64,000 nucleotides of DNA from Candidatus Limnocylindria bacterium (GCA_036570125.1 DATCPK010000161.1:4224-68223); one strand, 5' to 3'. Counted from the stretch's first letter, positions 27,434-38,490 are shown. The notes: a model not told the origin generated them from the sequence alone. Numbers and translations: made by a program.

Positions 27434-29925
27434 GGGGCGCGCATCCGCTCGAGCTTGTCGGCGTACTCATGAACGAGCATCGAAGCGCGGTCGTCGTCCT
27501 TCGCCTCCGCGTACACGTTGAAAAGTGGCCGATCCGCGTCCGGCAGCACGAGGACCCACTCGCCGTCGTTCTGGTGCTTCACACCGTCGACCTGACGGGT
27601 GCGTTCCGTCTGCGGGTCCTGCGCGAGCATCCGCATCACGCGGCCCTTCTCCTCCCACGGGCAGACCACCTGGAGGCGCGCGACATGGGCTGGTGGAATC
27701 TGATCGATGACCTGGCTGAGCGTCTGCTTCGCCGCGACGAGAAGCTCGATCAGCCGCACCGTCGCGAAGAGGCCGTCGAACGACGGATGGAATCGCGAGA
27801 AGATGAAACCGCCGACGCCATCGCCGACGAGGAGCGGATGCTCGCGCGCCGCGAGGCTCATCTGCGCTTCGGCTGATGCGCGCACCCGCTGCACGCGGCC
27901 TCCATAAGAGGCCACGATCTCCTCGATCGAAGACGGCGCGTAGACCGGTACCGCTACCACGCCAGGCGCGTGCCTCATCGTGAGAGAGACGAACGCGGCA
28001 AGGAAATGCATGTCGTTGATCACGCGTCCGCGATCGTCGACCACGAAGATCTTTTCCCCGCCGGCATCGAGGATCACGCCGAGCGACGCGCCGAGCGCGG
28101 GCACGAGGACCGCGAGCTGTCGCTGCTCCTCCTGGAACTCTTCGAACGAGCGCGACCCGATGTTCTCGGACACCACGCCGTTGACGGCGACGGCTTCGAC
28201 GTCAAGCGCATTCAGGAGCTGCGGGAGGAACTGCGCGGGCGTGCCATGCGAGTAGTTGACGACGATCTTCGGTTTCGCTTCGGCGATCTCCTTGCGATGC
28301 GCGACCTCGGCCAGGAAGGCCTCGCTGTACGCCTCGCCGACGCGCTGCGACTCGAAGATGCGCCCGACGTCGTCATACGAGACGCGGCGGAGGTCCTCTC
28401 GGAAGAAGATCGTCTCGACCTTCCGCTCCTGCGTCTTGTCCATATCGAGAGCCTGACGATCGAAGAACTTCACATCGCAGACGCGGACGTCGAAGGGCGA
28501 GACGCGCACGTGCACCCCACCCGCGGCGCCCATGCGCCGAGTGTGATGGCGGCCGATCGGGAGCGGCACCTGGGAGAGATCGGCGACGTCAATGCCGGCG
28601 CTCACGATGCCGCTCATGAGGCCGCGTTTCAGCATCCGGCTCGAGCGATGCTGATCGCGGTTCATGGTGATCGTCGCACCCTGCTTCAGCGTCGAGGCAT
28701 AGGCGGCCCCGAGGCGGGCGACGAATTCGGGCGTGAGGTCGATGTTGACGATGCCGGTGACACCGAAGCGGCCGAACAGCGCCCGTCGTCCCTGCGCTCC
28801 CCAGATGAGGCTCGACCCGATCACGGCGCCGGATTCGATCTGCTTGTCTGGCCACACCTTCACCTGCGCTCGCACGCGGGCTTGATCGCCGACGATCGTG
28901 TGATCGCCAATGACGCTGCCTTCCTCGAGAATGACGCGCGACTTCAGCGCGCACTGCCGGCCGACGATCGTGCCGTGGAGCTCCGAGCGCTCGCCGATGT
29001 ACGTGTTGCGCCAGACGATGGAGCTGTCGACGACCGCGCCGACGTCGACGGAGACGTAGTCGCGAAGGACGGTCGGTCCGATGATCTCGGCGTGCGGGCC
29101 GATCTTCACGCCCTCGCCGAGGAAGATGGGCCCGGTGAGCTTGGCAGACTCGTTGATGTCGACGTCGCCCGCGGTCCAGACGCCCGGCATGAGCTCGTTG
29201 CCGAGGTCCCCGGCTTTCACTTTCCCACGGAGGAGATCGGCGTTCGCTCGCGCGTATTCGGCGATGGAGCCCACGTCGGTCCAGTACCCCTCCGCGACGT
29301 AGCCGTAGAGCGGTTCGCCTTCGGCGAGCAGGCGCGGGAAGAGGTCCTTGCTGAAATCGAAGACCTCGCCCACCGCGAAACGCTCGAGGACGCGCGGCTC
29401 GATCACGTAGATACCGGTGTTGATCGTGTCGCTGAATACCTCGCCCCAGGACGGCTTCTCGAGGAACTTCGTGATCCGCCCGTCGTCGTCGGTGATCACG
29501 ACGCCGTACTCCAGCGGGTGTGGCACGCGCACCAGGGTGAGCGTCACGGCCGCATTGCGTTCGCGGTGGAACGCGATGACCTTCGAGAGGTCGATGTCCG
29601 TGAGGGCGTCGCCCGAGATGACGAGGAACGTGCCATCGAGGTCCGCCGCGAGCTGCCGCACCGAACCGCCGGTGCCCAGCGGAGTCTCCTCGACGCTGTA
29701 GCGGAGCTGCATTCCGATCCCGCCGCCGTCGCCGTAGCTGTCCTGGATGACCGACGCGAGGTACTGCAGGGTGACGAACGATTCCTCGATGCCGTGCCGC
29801 TTGAGGAGCTCGAAGATGTGGCCGAGGCAGGGCTTGTCGACGATGGGCACCATCGGTTTGGGACGGTTGATCGTCAGAGGTCGAAGACGGCTTCCCTCGC
29901 CGCCCGCCATGACGACGGCCTGCAT
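27430..29925 (-). CDS. Large fusion: sugar-1-phosphate nucleotidylyltransferase (GMPP-like) + left-handed beta-helix + phosphomannomutase/phosphoglucomutase-like domains.
   Basis: N-terminus [13 protein letters not shown] (G-x-G-T/S-R-x-P-L nucleotidyltransferase motif). C-terminal PMM-like domains with FGVTGIVN. Active-site loops are divergent (RVSPFD in place of TASHNP; DAGGEK in place of DGDGDR). Confidence 0.75.
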   Translation of the reverse strand: MQAVVMAGGEGSRLRPLTINRPKPMVPIVDKPCLGHIFELLKRHGIEESFVTLQYLASVIQDSYGDGGGIGMQLRYSVEETPLGTGGSVRQLAADLDGTFLVISGDALTDIDLSKVIAFHRERNAAVTLTLVRVPHPLEYGVVITDDDGRITKFLEKPSWGEVFSDTINTGIYVIEPRVLERFAVGEVFDFSKDLFPRLLAEGEPLYGYVAEGYWTDVGSIAEYARANADLLRGKVKAGDLGNELMPGVWTAGDVDINESAKLTGPIFLGEGVKIGPHAEIIGPTVLRDYVSVDVGAVVDSSIVWRNTYIGERSELHGTIVGRQCALKSRVILEEGSVIGDHTIVGDQARVRAQVKVWPDKQIESGAVIGSSLIWGAQGRRALFGRFGVTGIVNIDLTPEFVARLGAAYASTLKQGATITMNRDQHRSSRMLKRGLMSGIVSAGIDVADLSQVPLPIGRHHTRRMGAAGGVHVRVSPFDVRVCDVKFFDRQALDMDKTQERKVETIFFREDLRRVSYDDVGRIFESQRVGEAYSEAFLAEVAHRKEIAEAKPKIVVNYSHGTPAQFLPQLLNALDVEAVAVNGVVSENIGSRSFEEFQEEQRQLAVLVPALGASLGVILDAGGEKIFVVDDRGRVINDMHFLAAFVSLTMRHAPGVVAVPVYAPSSIEEIVASYGGRVQRVRASAEAQMSLAAREHPLLVGDGVGGFIFSRFHPSFDGLFATVRLIELLVAAKQTLSQVIDQIPPAHVARLQVVCPWEEKGRVMRMLAQDPQTERTRQVDGVKHQNDGEWVLVLPDADRPLFNVYAEAKDDDRASMLVHEYADKLERMRAP

Positions 29926-29940
29926 CAGCGCGAGTCTAGT

Positions 29941-30225
29941 TCAGCCCTGCTCCGCGCCGATCGCGAACAGAGCCTCGAGATCGTGGCGCGAATACGCCTT
30001 GAAAGCCACGTGCGTCTGAGTGCGAGCGACACCGCCGACCTGCGCGATCCGTCGAGTCACGATGTCGGCGAGCTCGTCGTGCTCCCGTGCGCGAACCATC
30101 GCCACGAAGTCGAAATCGCCAGTGACCGAGTAGACCTCGGACACGCCGGGGACCGCAGCAAGGGCCTCGCCCAGCTTCGGCAGCGCGCCCTTCTCAGCGG
30201 TGATGAGAACGACGGCCGTAATCAC
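29941..30225 (-). CDS. Stand-alone Lrp/AsnC-type ligand-binding (RAM) domain protein.
   Basis: 94 aa. VYSVTGDFDFVAMVRAREHDELADIV is the typical AsnC C-terminal domain; no HTH. Confidence 0.65.
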   Translation of the reverse strand: MITAVVLITAEKGALPKLGEALAAVPGVSEVYSVTGDFDFVAMVRAREHDELADIVTRRIAQVGGVARTQTHVAFKAYSRHDLEALFAIGAEQG

Positions 30226-30425
30226 AAGCTCTTGACGTCGATGTCGTGCAGGGCCGACTTCACGTAGTGCGCGGCTTCCTGAAAGGCCATGGCCCTGCCG
30301 CGATTGAGCGCCGCCTCGTACGAGTCGAGGCTGTCCTGGCTCGATTTCTCGTCAAAGACATGGAACTGCTCTTCGCAGAGGTCGATCGCGAGCTTGACGC
30401 GGTCGCGTGCGGCCGTGCTGATCAA
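30222..30425 (-). CDS. Small hypothetical protein (67 aa), translationally coupled to the RAM-domain gene.
   Basis: TTG start with GGAGG 7 nt upstream. ATGA overlap with the downstream RAM gene. Confidence 0.45.
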   Translation of the reverse strand: MISTAARDRVKLAIDLCEEQFHVFDEKSSQDSLDSYEAALNRGRAMAFQEAAHYVKSALHDIDVKSL

Positions 30426-30445
30426 AAGATGTCCTCCGAACGCAA

Positions 30446-31924
30446 GTGTCTCTGGGCGTGAGAATAACTCCGTTGCTCGAGCGGTACGAAGGGCGCCTGG
30501 CGGTCGCGATGGTGCTTCTCTACGTGGCGCTCTTCGGCACGCTCTCGCTTGTGCGTCATTGGGCCTTCCACTCGACGGCGCTCGACCTTGGCGTGTTCGA
30601 CCAGGTGCTGTGGAACACCGTGCACGGCCGCTTCATGGAATCGACCCTGAGCCTCGAGCGGTGCGATCCGCATTCCTTCTTCCTCGATCACTTCTCTCCG
30701 GCGCTCCTGGTCATCGTCCCCTTTTACGCGCTCTTGCCGAGGCCCGAGACGCTCATCGTCTTTCAGACCGTCGCGCTGGCCCTCGGTGCGTGGCCCGTGT
30801 ATCTCCTCGCGCGCCGCTTCCTAGACCGAAGCGACGAGCGTCTGGTGTGGGTCGCTGCGTATGTGCTCTCCGCGCCCCTTGCGTGGGTCACCTTCTACGA
30901 CTTCCACGAAATCAGCCTCGCCGTCTTGCCCCTCGGCCTCGCTGTCTATTTCTACGCGACCCGCCGAACGGTGCCCCTCCTCTTGAGCCTCGGCGCTTCG
31001 TTTCTCGTCAAGGAGGAGCTCCCGCTGATCGCCGTCGGATTCGGGATCGCGCTTCTCGCGCAGCGCCGCTGGAAGCTCGGTGCATTCGTGATCGCCGCGA
31101 GCGTCGTCGTATTCCTCGTCACGCTCCAGGTGATCATCCCGGCGTTCGCGGGCGGCGCGCCGTGGCAATACCTCGGCCGGTACGCGGGCCTCGGAGCGAA
31201 CGAGGCCGAGATCGTTCGCACGCTGCTGCTCGACCCGCTGCGCGTGCTGCGCGTGCTATTCAGCGGCGAGATCGGCGGGAAGATCGTGTTCGTCCTCACG
31301 CTCTTCGCACCGGGCCTCTTTCTCGCGTTGCGATCGAAGTGGGCGCTCGTCCCATCGATCATTCCGCTCGGATACCTGCTCCTCTCGGACTATCCCGGGG
31401 AGCACACGCATCACAATCAGTACGGCGCTCCGCTGATCCCCCTCGCGCTCGGCGCATCGATCCTCGGATTCGCGACGCTGCCGCAGAACCGTCTGCGCCG
31501 CCGGCTCACCCTCGCGATCCTGCTGTCGACGATCGGCTTCACCATCGTGCACGGCGCCATCCCGTTCACGCCCGACTTCACCGACGCGTTCCTGCGGGGC
31601 AACCGCGACCGCGCGCCAGCGGAGGGGTCGATCCTCGCACGCGAGCCGCGGTACGACCCGTTCCTCCCGGCGGTGAAGGCCATCCCGGCCGACGCATCCA
31701 TCTCGTCTCGCGACTTCTTCACGACCCAGGTGCCCGAGCGGCGGTTCAACTACCACCTGAACGCGCTCGACCCATGCGGCGCCGAGTACGTGATCCTCGA
31801 CTACGCCGATCCGAGCGTGAACCGCGACGAGCAAAAGCACCTCGCCGAGATCGCGACGCTCGAGGCGCAGGGGTACGACGAGATCGCGTCCGGAAAAGGA
31901 CTCTCGCTACTGCATCGTCGCTAG
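30446..31924 (+). CDS. Polytopic membrane protein, DUF2079-like (putative glycosyltransferase-like membrane protein).
   Basis: RHWAFHSTALDLGVFDQVLWN block. More than 10 TM helices. The GTG start is uncertain; an alternative ATG lies 63 nt downstream. Confidence 0.5.
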   Translation: MSLGVRITPLLERYEGRLAVAMVLLYVALFGTLSLVRHWAFHSTALDLGVFDQVLWNTVHGRFMESTLSLERCDPHSFFLDHFSPALLVIVPFYALLPRPETLIVFQTVALALGAWPVYLLARRFLDRSDERLVWVAAYVLSAPLAWVTFYDFHEISLAVLPLGLAVYFYATRRTVPLLLSLGASFLVKEELPLIAVGFGIALLAQRRWKLGAFVIAASVVVFLVTLQVIIPAFAGGAPWQYLGRYAGLGANEAEIVRTLLLDPLRVLRVLFSGEIGGKIVFVLTLFAPGLFLALRSKWALVPSIIPLGYLLLSDYPGEHTHHNQYGAPLIPLALGASILGFATLPQNRLRRRLTLAILLSTIGFTIVHGAIPFTPDFTDAFLRGNRDRAPAEGSILAREPRYDPFLPAVKAIPADASISSRDFFTTQVPERRFNYHLNALDPCGAEYVILDYADPSVNRDEQKHLAEIATLEAQGYDEIASGKGLSLLHRR

Positions 31925-31934
31925 AGCGCGCGGC

Positions 31935-32108
31935 CTATGGGTGCCGGTGCTCCTCGACGACGTGCTCCTCTTCGACGACCGGGTCCTGGCCCGACTCCTG
32001 AATATTGGTCGTCCCATCGGGACCGACGCTAACGTTCGTCGTCTTGTCGACCGGCTCCTGGCCAACCACGGTGGTCCGCTTCTCGACGGTGACTTCTTTC
32101 TCGTCCAT
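31935..32108 (-). CDS. Small acidic hydrophilic protein (57 aa), not present in the ORF track.
   Basis: ATG preceded by GGAGG 7 nt upstream. Sequence MDEKEVTVEKRTTVVGQEPVDKTTNVSVGPDGTTNIQESGQDPVVEEEHVVEEHRHP. Confidence 0.35.
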   Translation of the reverse strand: MDEKEVTVEKRTTVVGQEPVDKTTNVSVGPDGTTNIQESGQDPVVEEEHVVEEHRHP

Positions 32109-32168
32109 GGGAGGGCCTCCTTCGGTTAGTGGGCGACCGAAGTGCAGGACGTCTGCCAGCGCGGTTCT

Positions 32169-33737
32169 CTAGCGAAGACCGTGATTCCCGCCTCGGATCG
32201 GCGGATACGTGCGGAGCTCGTCGACCAGCGCAAGGAGAGCCTGACGAGCGCGCTCGCGATCGAGGCTGAAGCCCGGGCCCACCGTCGGCGTGAGATCGCG
32301 GCCCTGGAGCACGGACAATCGGAGGGCGAAGCCGAGCGCCTCGCGATCCGACCCGCCGAGCCGTGGAAGATATTCGACAAGGGTCGGCAGCGCGCCGTCG
32401 CCGAGCGACGCCAGGTACAGGGCATCGAGCGCGCGGCTCGCGTCCGCCGGGAGGCCGCTCGGATCGACGACCCGCTCGAGGTTCTGGCGCGCGACGAACG
32501 CGCTCGGGCCGATGAGATTGACCGCGATCGCGACGGCCAGAGCGATCAGACCGCCGGCGTGGAGGAGCCAGCGCGTCGCGTTACGCCAGACGAGAACGCC
32601 AGCGCAGGCGCCGCTCGCCCCGAGCCAGGCGATCCCGGCGAGCCCGTAAAACCGCTGCTCGGTCCACCCATACGCGAGCTGGTAGAGCTGCATGCGGTAT
32701 GTGGCCGACACGACGATGACGAGCGTCGCGATGGCGAGCATGAGCGCCGCGCCGACGTAGAGCCGAGTGCGTCTGGCTACGACGAGCTCGACCGCGAAGA
32801 GAAGACCGCCCGCGAGCACGGCGACCGCGATCAGCTCGAAAAAGCCGCGGCGCGCGTACGCGGAATACGTCAGCCCGGTCGCATTCAGCGTGTCGACTCC
32901 GCCGAACAGATACGCGATCTGCAGGGCCACGAAGAACAGGAAGAGCGCATCGATCGCGAGAAGCGTCGTGGTCCCGGCGGTCGAGCTCAGGATGCCTCGT
33001 AGGCGCGGCAGCACCGCCGGCATCGTCGTGTCCGTGCGGCGCCCCGCGACGATGAAGAGTCCCCCTCCGACCCACGCGAAGACGCCACCCAGAAGGACAC
33101 GGCCAATGAAGTCGCCGATCGACCATTTGCGGAAGTCGAACACGTTCGTGACCGCGCTCGAGAACACAGCGTCGGCGCTGGCGAAGAGGAGCGCGAACAC
33201 GACGAGGAACGGGAAGGCGACCGCGATGCCGACACCTATTGATGCGATCCGTCCCCCACCCCCTCGTGCGAGCGGGCGCCCGAGATCCGGAAGCGCCGCG
33301 ACGAGGAGTGCGCCGCCGGCCACGATCCGTCCCAGGACGACCAGGCCGAGGATGACGAGGATGTCCACGGCGCGCCGCGTGAGCGGGACGCCGGCGAACG
33401 AGATCGCGGCCATCGTGACGAGAGCCGCCGTCGCGGGCACGTCGAACAGCAGAAGCATGAGATCGACGCGTAGTGCCGGGAGAAACGCGAAAACGATGGC
33501 GGCTGGAACGATCCAGCGATCCGCATGGTCGATGCGCGCGCCAGTCGGCCGGAGCCGCCATGCGACGGCGAGGACCACCGCCGCAGCGATGCCGACGTTG
33601 ATCCCGAGCGCGGTTCGATAGAAGAGGTACTGCGCGATGATCCCGAAGAGGAACGCCAGCGACAGCAGGACCGCAGGTGAGTACCGGTCGAGTGAGCCAA
33701 CGCGCGGCGCGGTGTGTTCGATGACGTGATCGGCCAT
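32169..33737 (-). CDS. Large polytopic membrane protein of unknown function (DUF4173-like).
   Basis: 522 aa, 12 or more TM helices, LYQLAYGWTEQRFYGLAGIAWL block. Confidence 0.45.
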   Translation of the reverse strand: MADHVIEHTAPRVGSLDRYSPAVLLSLAFLFGIIAQYLFYRTALGINVGIAAAVVLAVAWRLRPTGARIDHADRWIVPAAIVFAFLPALRVDLMLLLFDVPATAALVTMAAISFAGVPLTRRAVDILVILGLVVLGRIVAGGALLVAALPDLGRPLARGGGGRIASIGVGIAVAFPFLVVFALLFASADAVFSSAVTNVFDFRKWSIGDFIGRVLLGGVFAWVGGGLFIVAGRRTDTTMPAVLPRLRGILSSTAGTTTLLAIDALFLFFVALQIAYLFGGVDTLNATGLTYSAYARRGFFELIAVAVLAGGLLFAVELVVARRTRLYVGAALMLAIATLVIVVSATYRMQLYQLAYGWTEQRFYGLAGIAWLGASGACAGVLVWRNATRWLLHAGGLIALAVAIAVNLIGPSAFVARQNLERVVDPSGLPADASRALDALYLASLGDGALPTLVEYLPRLGGSDREALGFALRLSVLQGRDLTPTVGPGFSLDRERARQALLALVDELRTYPPIRGGNHGLR

Positions 33738-33811
33738 GTGCCGATCGTGTCATCGTCGCGGGCGGTTTACGTATGAGTTAGAGGGCCTGCTAGTAGTTAG
33801 CGCGCGCGATG

Positions 33812-34153
33812 TCAGCCGATCTCGAGCTCTTTGGTCGGGACGCCGACATCCACCTGCACGACGCCGTCGACGATGCGCACCGGATACGCGTTCACCGGAA
33901 AGACGGCGGGCAACGCACGCACCTCACCGGTCAAGAGGTCGAATCGCGCCCCGTGGCGCGGGCACTCGACCAAGCAGTCCTCGAGCTCGCCCTCGCCGAG
34001 GACACCGCCGTCGTGGGTGCAGACGTTGTCGATCGCGCCCCACGTGCCATCCTCGCAGTGCCCGAGCGCAAGACTCTTGTCCCGTGCGTGGACGACCTTC
34101 ACCTCGCCGACCGGGACCTCGTCCTCGCGAGCGACCGGCACGAACTCGGTCAA
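33812..34153 (-). CDS. Rieske [2Fe-2S] domain ferredoxin; last gene of the suf operon.
   Basis: CTHDGG and CPRHG ligand boxes. ATGA overlap with sufD. Confidence 0.75.
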   Translation of the reverse strand: MTEFVPVAREDEVPVGEVKVVHARDKSLALGHCEDGTWGAIDNVCTHDGGVLGEGELEDCLVECPRHGARFDLLTGEVRALPAVFPVNAYPVRIVDGVVQVDVGVPTKELEIG

Positions 34154-35424
34154 ACGAGGACGCCCATCTCCGCGATGTTGCCGATGCGAGGACGGAGGGC
34201 GTTCAGCACACGCTGGCGAACATGCTCGTCGTCGAGTCGATTGATCACGCGGCGGAAGAATCCGTGGACCATGAGCTGCTGCGCCTGGTCGCGGTCGAAG
34301 CCGCGCGACATCGCGTAGAAGAGCTCCTCGTCCCCGAGCGCCCCTGCGGTGGCACCGTGGCCGCAGCGGACGACGTCATTCGTGAGGATCTCGAGCACCG
34401 GGATCGGGTCCGCACCCGCGTGCTTCGACAGGAGCATGTTGCGGCATTCCTGATAGCTGCCGGTCCCGCTCGAGGTCGCCTCCACCCGGATCTTGCCGTA
34501 GAAGATGGCCTTGGCGTGGTCGTAGAGAGCAGAGAGGTAGAGGAGGTCACTCTGCGAGCCCTTGCCGTCCACTTGCTGAAAGCTGTTCACGTCGATGCGC
34601 TGGTTGTCGCCGGCCGCGACGAGCCCGTAGAGCTTCACGGTCGCACCGTTGCCTTCCATGTCCGACTGGATGCCGACCTTCGACCTGCCCTCACCCGCGA
34701 ACACGTTGTGGACGGCGAGGTCGCTGTCGTTCGCGGAACGGAACCGCTGAAAGCCGAGGTCGAGCACGCCCGGTGCGAAACGACGGATCGCGACGTAGCG
34801 CACCCGCGCGCCCGGGCCGGCGTACACGTCGACGTGCGGGATCGCGATACGGGGCGTCGCGCCTTCGGACGAGAGGTCCTCGACGATCGTCACGGTCGAC
34901 CCGCGCTCCGCGACCACGATCGTTCGCGAGAGCATCGCGTCGCCACCGGCAGGCCAGACCTTGTCGACGACGATCGGCATCTCGACGGCAACGTCCGCGG
35001 GAACGTGAACGAACGTGCTTCCGGCCGACCAGAGCGCGTCAGCGATCGCGCGGAATGCGGCATGGGACGGGATCCCGTCCCCCGGGGCGATGTGCGGACG
35101 GACGAGATCGGGATTGTCGAGCGAGGCGCGCAATAGACCCTTGAAGATCACGCCCTGTGCCGCTGCTTGGGGCTCGAGCTTGAACTGGATACCTGGAAGG
35201 CGGTCGACCGACGAGACGAGCGAACCTTCGGGGAGGTCCGTCAACGGGAACCGCCGCCACTCCTCTTCCTGACCGGTCGGCCAGCTCTCCGGCGTGAATC
35301 CTTCAAGTGCGCTCAGGCGCGCGGCGCGCAGCCACTCGGGCTCGTTGCGCCGAAGACTGTGCTGCTCGACCGTTTCGCGGTCGAGCAGCAGCGGGACCGG
35401 TGTGAGTGTTGGCGCGCTAGCCAA
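34150..35424 (-). CDS. sufD: Fe-S cluster assembly protein SufD.
   Basis: SufBD-family beta-helix C-terminal region. 8-nt overlap with sufB. Confidence 0.9.
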   Translation of the reverse strand: MASAPTLTPVPLLLDRETVEQHSLRRNEPEWLRAARLSALEGFTPESWPTGQEEEWRRFPLTDLPEGSLVSSVDRLPGIQFKLEPQAAAQGVIFKGLLRASLDNPDLVRPHIAPGDGIPSHAAFRAIADALWSAGSTFVHVPADVAVEMPIVVDKVWPAGGDAMLSRTIVVAERGSTVTIVEDLSSEGATPRIAIPHVDVYAGPGARVRYVAIRRFAPGVLDLGFQRFRSANDSDLAVHNVFAGEGRSKVGIQSDMEGNGATVKLYGLVAAGDNQRIDVNSFQQVDGKGSQSDLLYLSALYDHAKAIFYGKIRVEATSSGTGSYQECRNMLLSKHAGADPIPVLEILTNDVVRCGHGATAGALGDEELFYAMSRGFDRDQAQQLMVHGFFRRVINRLDDEHVRQRVLNALRPRIGNIAEMGVLV

Positions 35425-36823
35425 GGGCGCCTTGCATCTGCAGCGTGATCAGCCGGTTCATCTCGATCGCGTAGTCCATCGGGAGCGTCTTGACGATCGG
35501 CTCGATGAAACCGTTCACGACCATCGCGGTACCCTCGGCCTCGGAGAGTCCACGGCTCATCAGGTAGAAGAGCTGCTCCTCGCCGACCTTCGAAACAGAT
35601 GCCTCGTGGCCGATGGTGACGTCCTCCTCGTCGATCTCCATGTACGGGTACGTGTCACTTCGCGCGGTCTGGTCGAGGATGAGCGCATCGCACCGGACGG
35701 TGCTCTTGGCGCCATGCGCACCGGGATAGATCTTTACCAGACCGCGGTAGGTCTGCTGCCCGGTTCCTTTGCTGATGCCCTTGCTCTGGATGATGCTCGT
35801 CGTGTTCGGCGCGGCGTGGATCATCTTGGCGCCGGCGTCCTGGTGCTGGTCGTTCCCCGCGAATGCCACCGAGAGCACTTCGCCGTGGGCGCGCTCGCCG
35901 ACGAGGTACACGCTCGGGTATTTCATCGTGACCTTTGAACCGAGGTTCGCGTCGATCCAGGTCATCCGGGCGTCCTCGTGAACGACCGCGCGCTTGGTCA
36001 CGAGGTTGTAGACGTTGTGACTCCAGTTCTGGATCGTCGTGTATCGCACGTCGGCGCCCTTCTTGACGATGATCTCGACGACCGCGCTGTGCAACGTGTT
36101 CGTCGTGAACACCGGCGCGGTGCATCCCTCGACGTAGTGAACGCTCGAGCCTTCCTCGGCGATGATGAGCGTCCGCTCGAACTGGCCGGCGTTCTCGCTG
36201 TTGATGCGGAAGTACGCCTGCAGCGGGATCTCCACCTTGACTCCAGGCGGGACCCACACGAACGAGCCGCCCGACCACACCGCGGTGTTGAGCGCGGCGA
36301 GCTTGTTGTCGTTCGCGGGAATGACCGTGCCGAAGTACTGCTTGACGATGTCGGGGTGCTCCTTCAGCGCGGTGTCCGTGTCCATGAAGATGACGCCGAG
36401 CTTCTCGAGGTCCTTGCGGATGTTGTGATAGACGGACTCGCTGTCGTACTGCGCGCCGACGCCGGCGAGGTACTTCTGCTCTGCCTGCGGGATGCCCAGC
36501 TGATCGAACGTGCGCTTCACGTAGTCGGGCACGTCCTCCCAGCTCTTTGCGGACTTATCGGAGGCGCGCAGGTAGTAATAGATGTCCTCGAAGTCGATGC
36601 CCGAAAGGTCCGCGCCCCACGTCGGCATCGAGCGCGTGCGGTAGTGCTTGAGCGCCTTGAGGCGCCGCTGGAGCATCCAGTCCGGCTCCTGCTTGTAGGT
36701 CTGGCTGATCTCGCGGACGACGTCCTCCGAGAGGCCCTTGTGCTTCTTGTTCCGGTAGACGGCGTCCTTGTCTTCCCAGCCGTACTGGTAGTCCTTGGGA
36801 AGGTCCGCAACTTGGGTTGTCAT
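35417..36823 (-). CDS. sufB: Fe-S cluster assembly protein SufB.
   Basis: Highly conserved SufB blocks ([11 protein letters not shown]...). ATGA overlap with sufU. Confidence 0.95.
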   Translation of the reverse strand: MTTQVADLPKDYQYGWEDKDAVYRNKKHKGLSEDVVREISQTYKQEPDWMLQRRLKALKHYRTRSMPTWGADLSGIDFEDIYYYLRASDKSAKSWEDVPDYVKRTFDQLGIPQAEQKYLAGVGAQYDSESVYHNIRKDLEKLGVIFMDTDTALKEHPDIVKQYFGTVIPANDNKLAALNTAVWSGGSFVWVPPGVKVEIPLQAYFRINSENAGQFERTLIIAEEGSSVHYVEGCTAPVFTTNTLHSAVVEIIVKKGADVRYTTIQNWSHNVYNLVTKRAVVHEDARMTWIDANLGSKVTMKYPSVYLVGERAHGEVLSVAFAGNDQHQDAGAKMIHAAPNTTSIIQSKGISKGTGQQTYRGLVKIYPGAHGAKSTVRCDALILDQTARSDTYPYMEIDEEDVTIGHEASVSKVGEEQLFYLMSRGLSEAEGTAMVVNGFIEPIVKTLPMDYAIEMNRLITLQMQGALG

Positions 36824-37218
36824 TTCGCTTTCACCTCTTCGCCGGGCCACGCCGTGAGTCCCCAGGCCGCGCCTTTCAACGCTTTCAACCCAAGGAGCGC
36901 GCACTTGATGCGCGCCGGACTGATCGGAATGCCGAGATTCGCGAGCACGTGATCGCGGTCGATCGCCTTCACCTCCCCAAGCGTCTTGCCTTTCACCTCT
37001 TCGGTGAGGATTGAGGCCGATGCCTGGCTGATCGCGCAGCCCTTGCCGGTGAAGTGCACGTCGTCGACGTTGCCGCCATCGATCTTGAGCTGCATCGTCA
37101 TCTCGTCGCCGCAGAGCGGGTTCGAGTCGTGGTACGTGTGAGTCGCGCCCTCGAGCTCGCCGAAGTTCCGCGGGTTCTTGTAGTGGTCGAGGATGTAGTC
37201 CCGGTACATGTCATCCAT
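36820..37218 (-). CDS. sufU: SufU-type (IscU/NifU-like) sulfur transfer protein.
   Basis: NPLCGD, GKGCAIS and ARIKCALLG motifs. ATGA overlap with sufS. Confidence 0.85.
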   Translation of the reverse strand: MDDMYRDYILDHYKNPRNFGELEGATHTYHDSNPLCGDEMTMQLKIDGGNVDDVHFTGKGCAISQASASILTEEVKGKTLGEVKAIDRDHVLANLGIPISPARIKCALLGLKALKGAAWGLTAWPGEEVKAK

Positions 37219-37220
37219 GG

Positions 37221-38486
37221 CTAAATCCCGAACACTTTCTTCGCGGTGTGGATGGCACTCACCAGAGCATCCATCTCGTCCGTCGTGTTGTACAGATACA
37301 CGCTGGCGCGCGTCGTCGCTGGAACACCGAGCCGATTCATGAGCGGCTGGTTGCAATGGTGCCCGGCGCGCACGCACACGCCCTCGCTGTCGAAGATCGT
37401 CGCGACGTCGTGCGGGTGGATGCCTTCGATGTTGAACGACACGACGCCGACGCGAGACTCCAGATCCTTCGGCCCGTAGATCGTCACGCCAGGGATCTCA
37501 CGAAGGCGCGGCAACAGGTACTCGACGAGCGAGAGCTCGTGCGCATGGACCTTCGCGATGCCGACGTCGTTCAGGTAGTCGACCGCCGCTCCGAGTGCGA
37601 TCGCGTCGACGTACGAGCTCGTCCCGGCCTCGAACTTCCACGGGAGCTCGTTCCACTCGGTGAGCTTCACGGTGACACGGCTGATCATGTCGCCGCCGTA
37701 CAGGAACGGACGCATCTTCTCGAGGGTCTCCGCGCGGCCCCAGAGCGCACCAGACCCGGGAGGCGCGAGCATCTTGTGGCCACTGAAGGCCACGAAGTCG
37801 GCGCCCAGGTCCTGCACGTCGACCGGCGTGTGCGGCACAGCCTGCGCGACGTCCACGAGAACGGTCGCGCCGGCGGCGTGGGCCTCCGCCGCGATCTCCT
37901 TGACCGGGTTCACGGTGCCAAGGCCGTTCGAGGTGTGCGTGATCGCGAGGAGCTTGGCGCCCTTGCGCAGCTCGGCGGACATCTGATCGCGCCGGAGACG
38001 GCCGTCGTCATCGACGTCGACCACGGCGATCTCCGCGCCGACCTCCGTCGCGAGCTGCTGCCAAGGGACGAAGTCGGAGTGATGCTCGAGCACCGTCGTC
38101 ACGATCCGGTCGCCGCGCTTGATGTTGTCTCTGCCCCAGGCGTACGCGACGAGGTTCAAGCCTTCGGTCGCGTTGCGCACGAAGATGACCTCGCGCTCGC
38201 TCGGCGCGTTGATGAAGCGCGCGACTTTGGCACGGGCTTCCTCGAACGCGGCGGTGGTGCGCTCGCTGAACTCGTACACACCGCGATGGATGTTCGCGTT
38301 GTGCTCCTCGAAGACGCGCGTCATCGAGTCGATGACCTGGCGAGGCTTCTGGCTGGTCGCGGCGTTGTCGAGGTAGACGAGCTTCTTCCCCCGCACCGTC
38401 TGCGCGAGGATCGGGAAGTCCTTGCGGATGCGCCCGACGTCGAGCGGCGCCGCCTTGATAACCGGGGTCTTGACCGTCACAGCCAC
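37221..38486 (-). CDS. sufS: Cysteine desulfurase, SufS class.
   Basis: PLP-Lys region SGHKM and RAGHHCNQP active-site Cys loop. GTG start 5 nt after the sufC stop. Confidence 0.9.
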   Translation of the reverse strand: MAVTVKTPVIKAAPLDVGRIRKDFPILAQTVRGKKLVYLDNAATSQKPRQVIDSMTRVFEEHNANIHRGVYEFSERTTAAFEEARAKVARFINAPSEREVIFVRNATEGLNLVAYAWGRDNIKRGDRIVTTVLEHHSDFVPWQQLATEVGAEIAVVDVDDDGRLRRDQMSAELRKGAKLLAITHTSNGLGTVNPVKEIAAEAHAAGATVLVDVAQAVPHTPVDVQDLGADFVAFSGHKMLAPPGSGALWGRAETLEKMRPFLYGGDMISRVTVKLTEWNELPWKFEAGTSSYVDAIALGAAVDYLNDVGIAKVHAHELSLVEYLLPRLREIPGVTIYGPKDLESRVGVVSFNIEGIHPHDVATIFDSEGVCVRAGHHCNQPLMNRLGVPATTRASVYLYNTTDEMDALVSAIHTAKKVFGI

Positions 38487-38490
38487 TGCT

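Noticed and set aside
30222-30425. Idea that the 67-aa ORF is the detached HTH half of a split Lrp/AsnC regulator.
   Set aside because: The sequence lacks the LDxxDxxIL / HTH_AsnC signature; the two are called separately.
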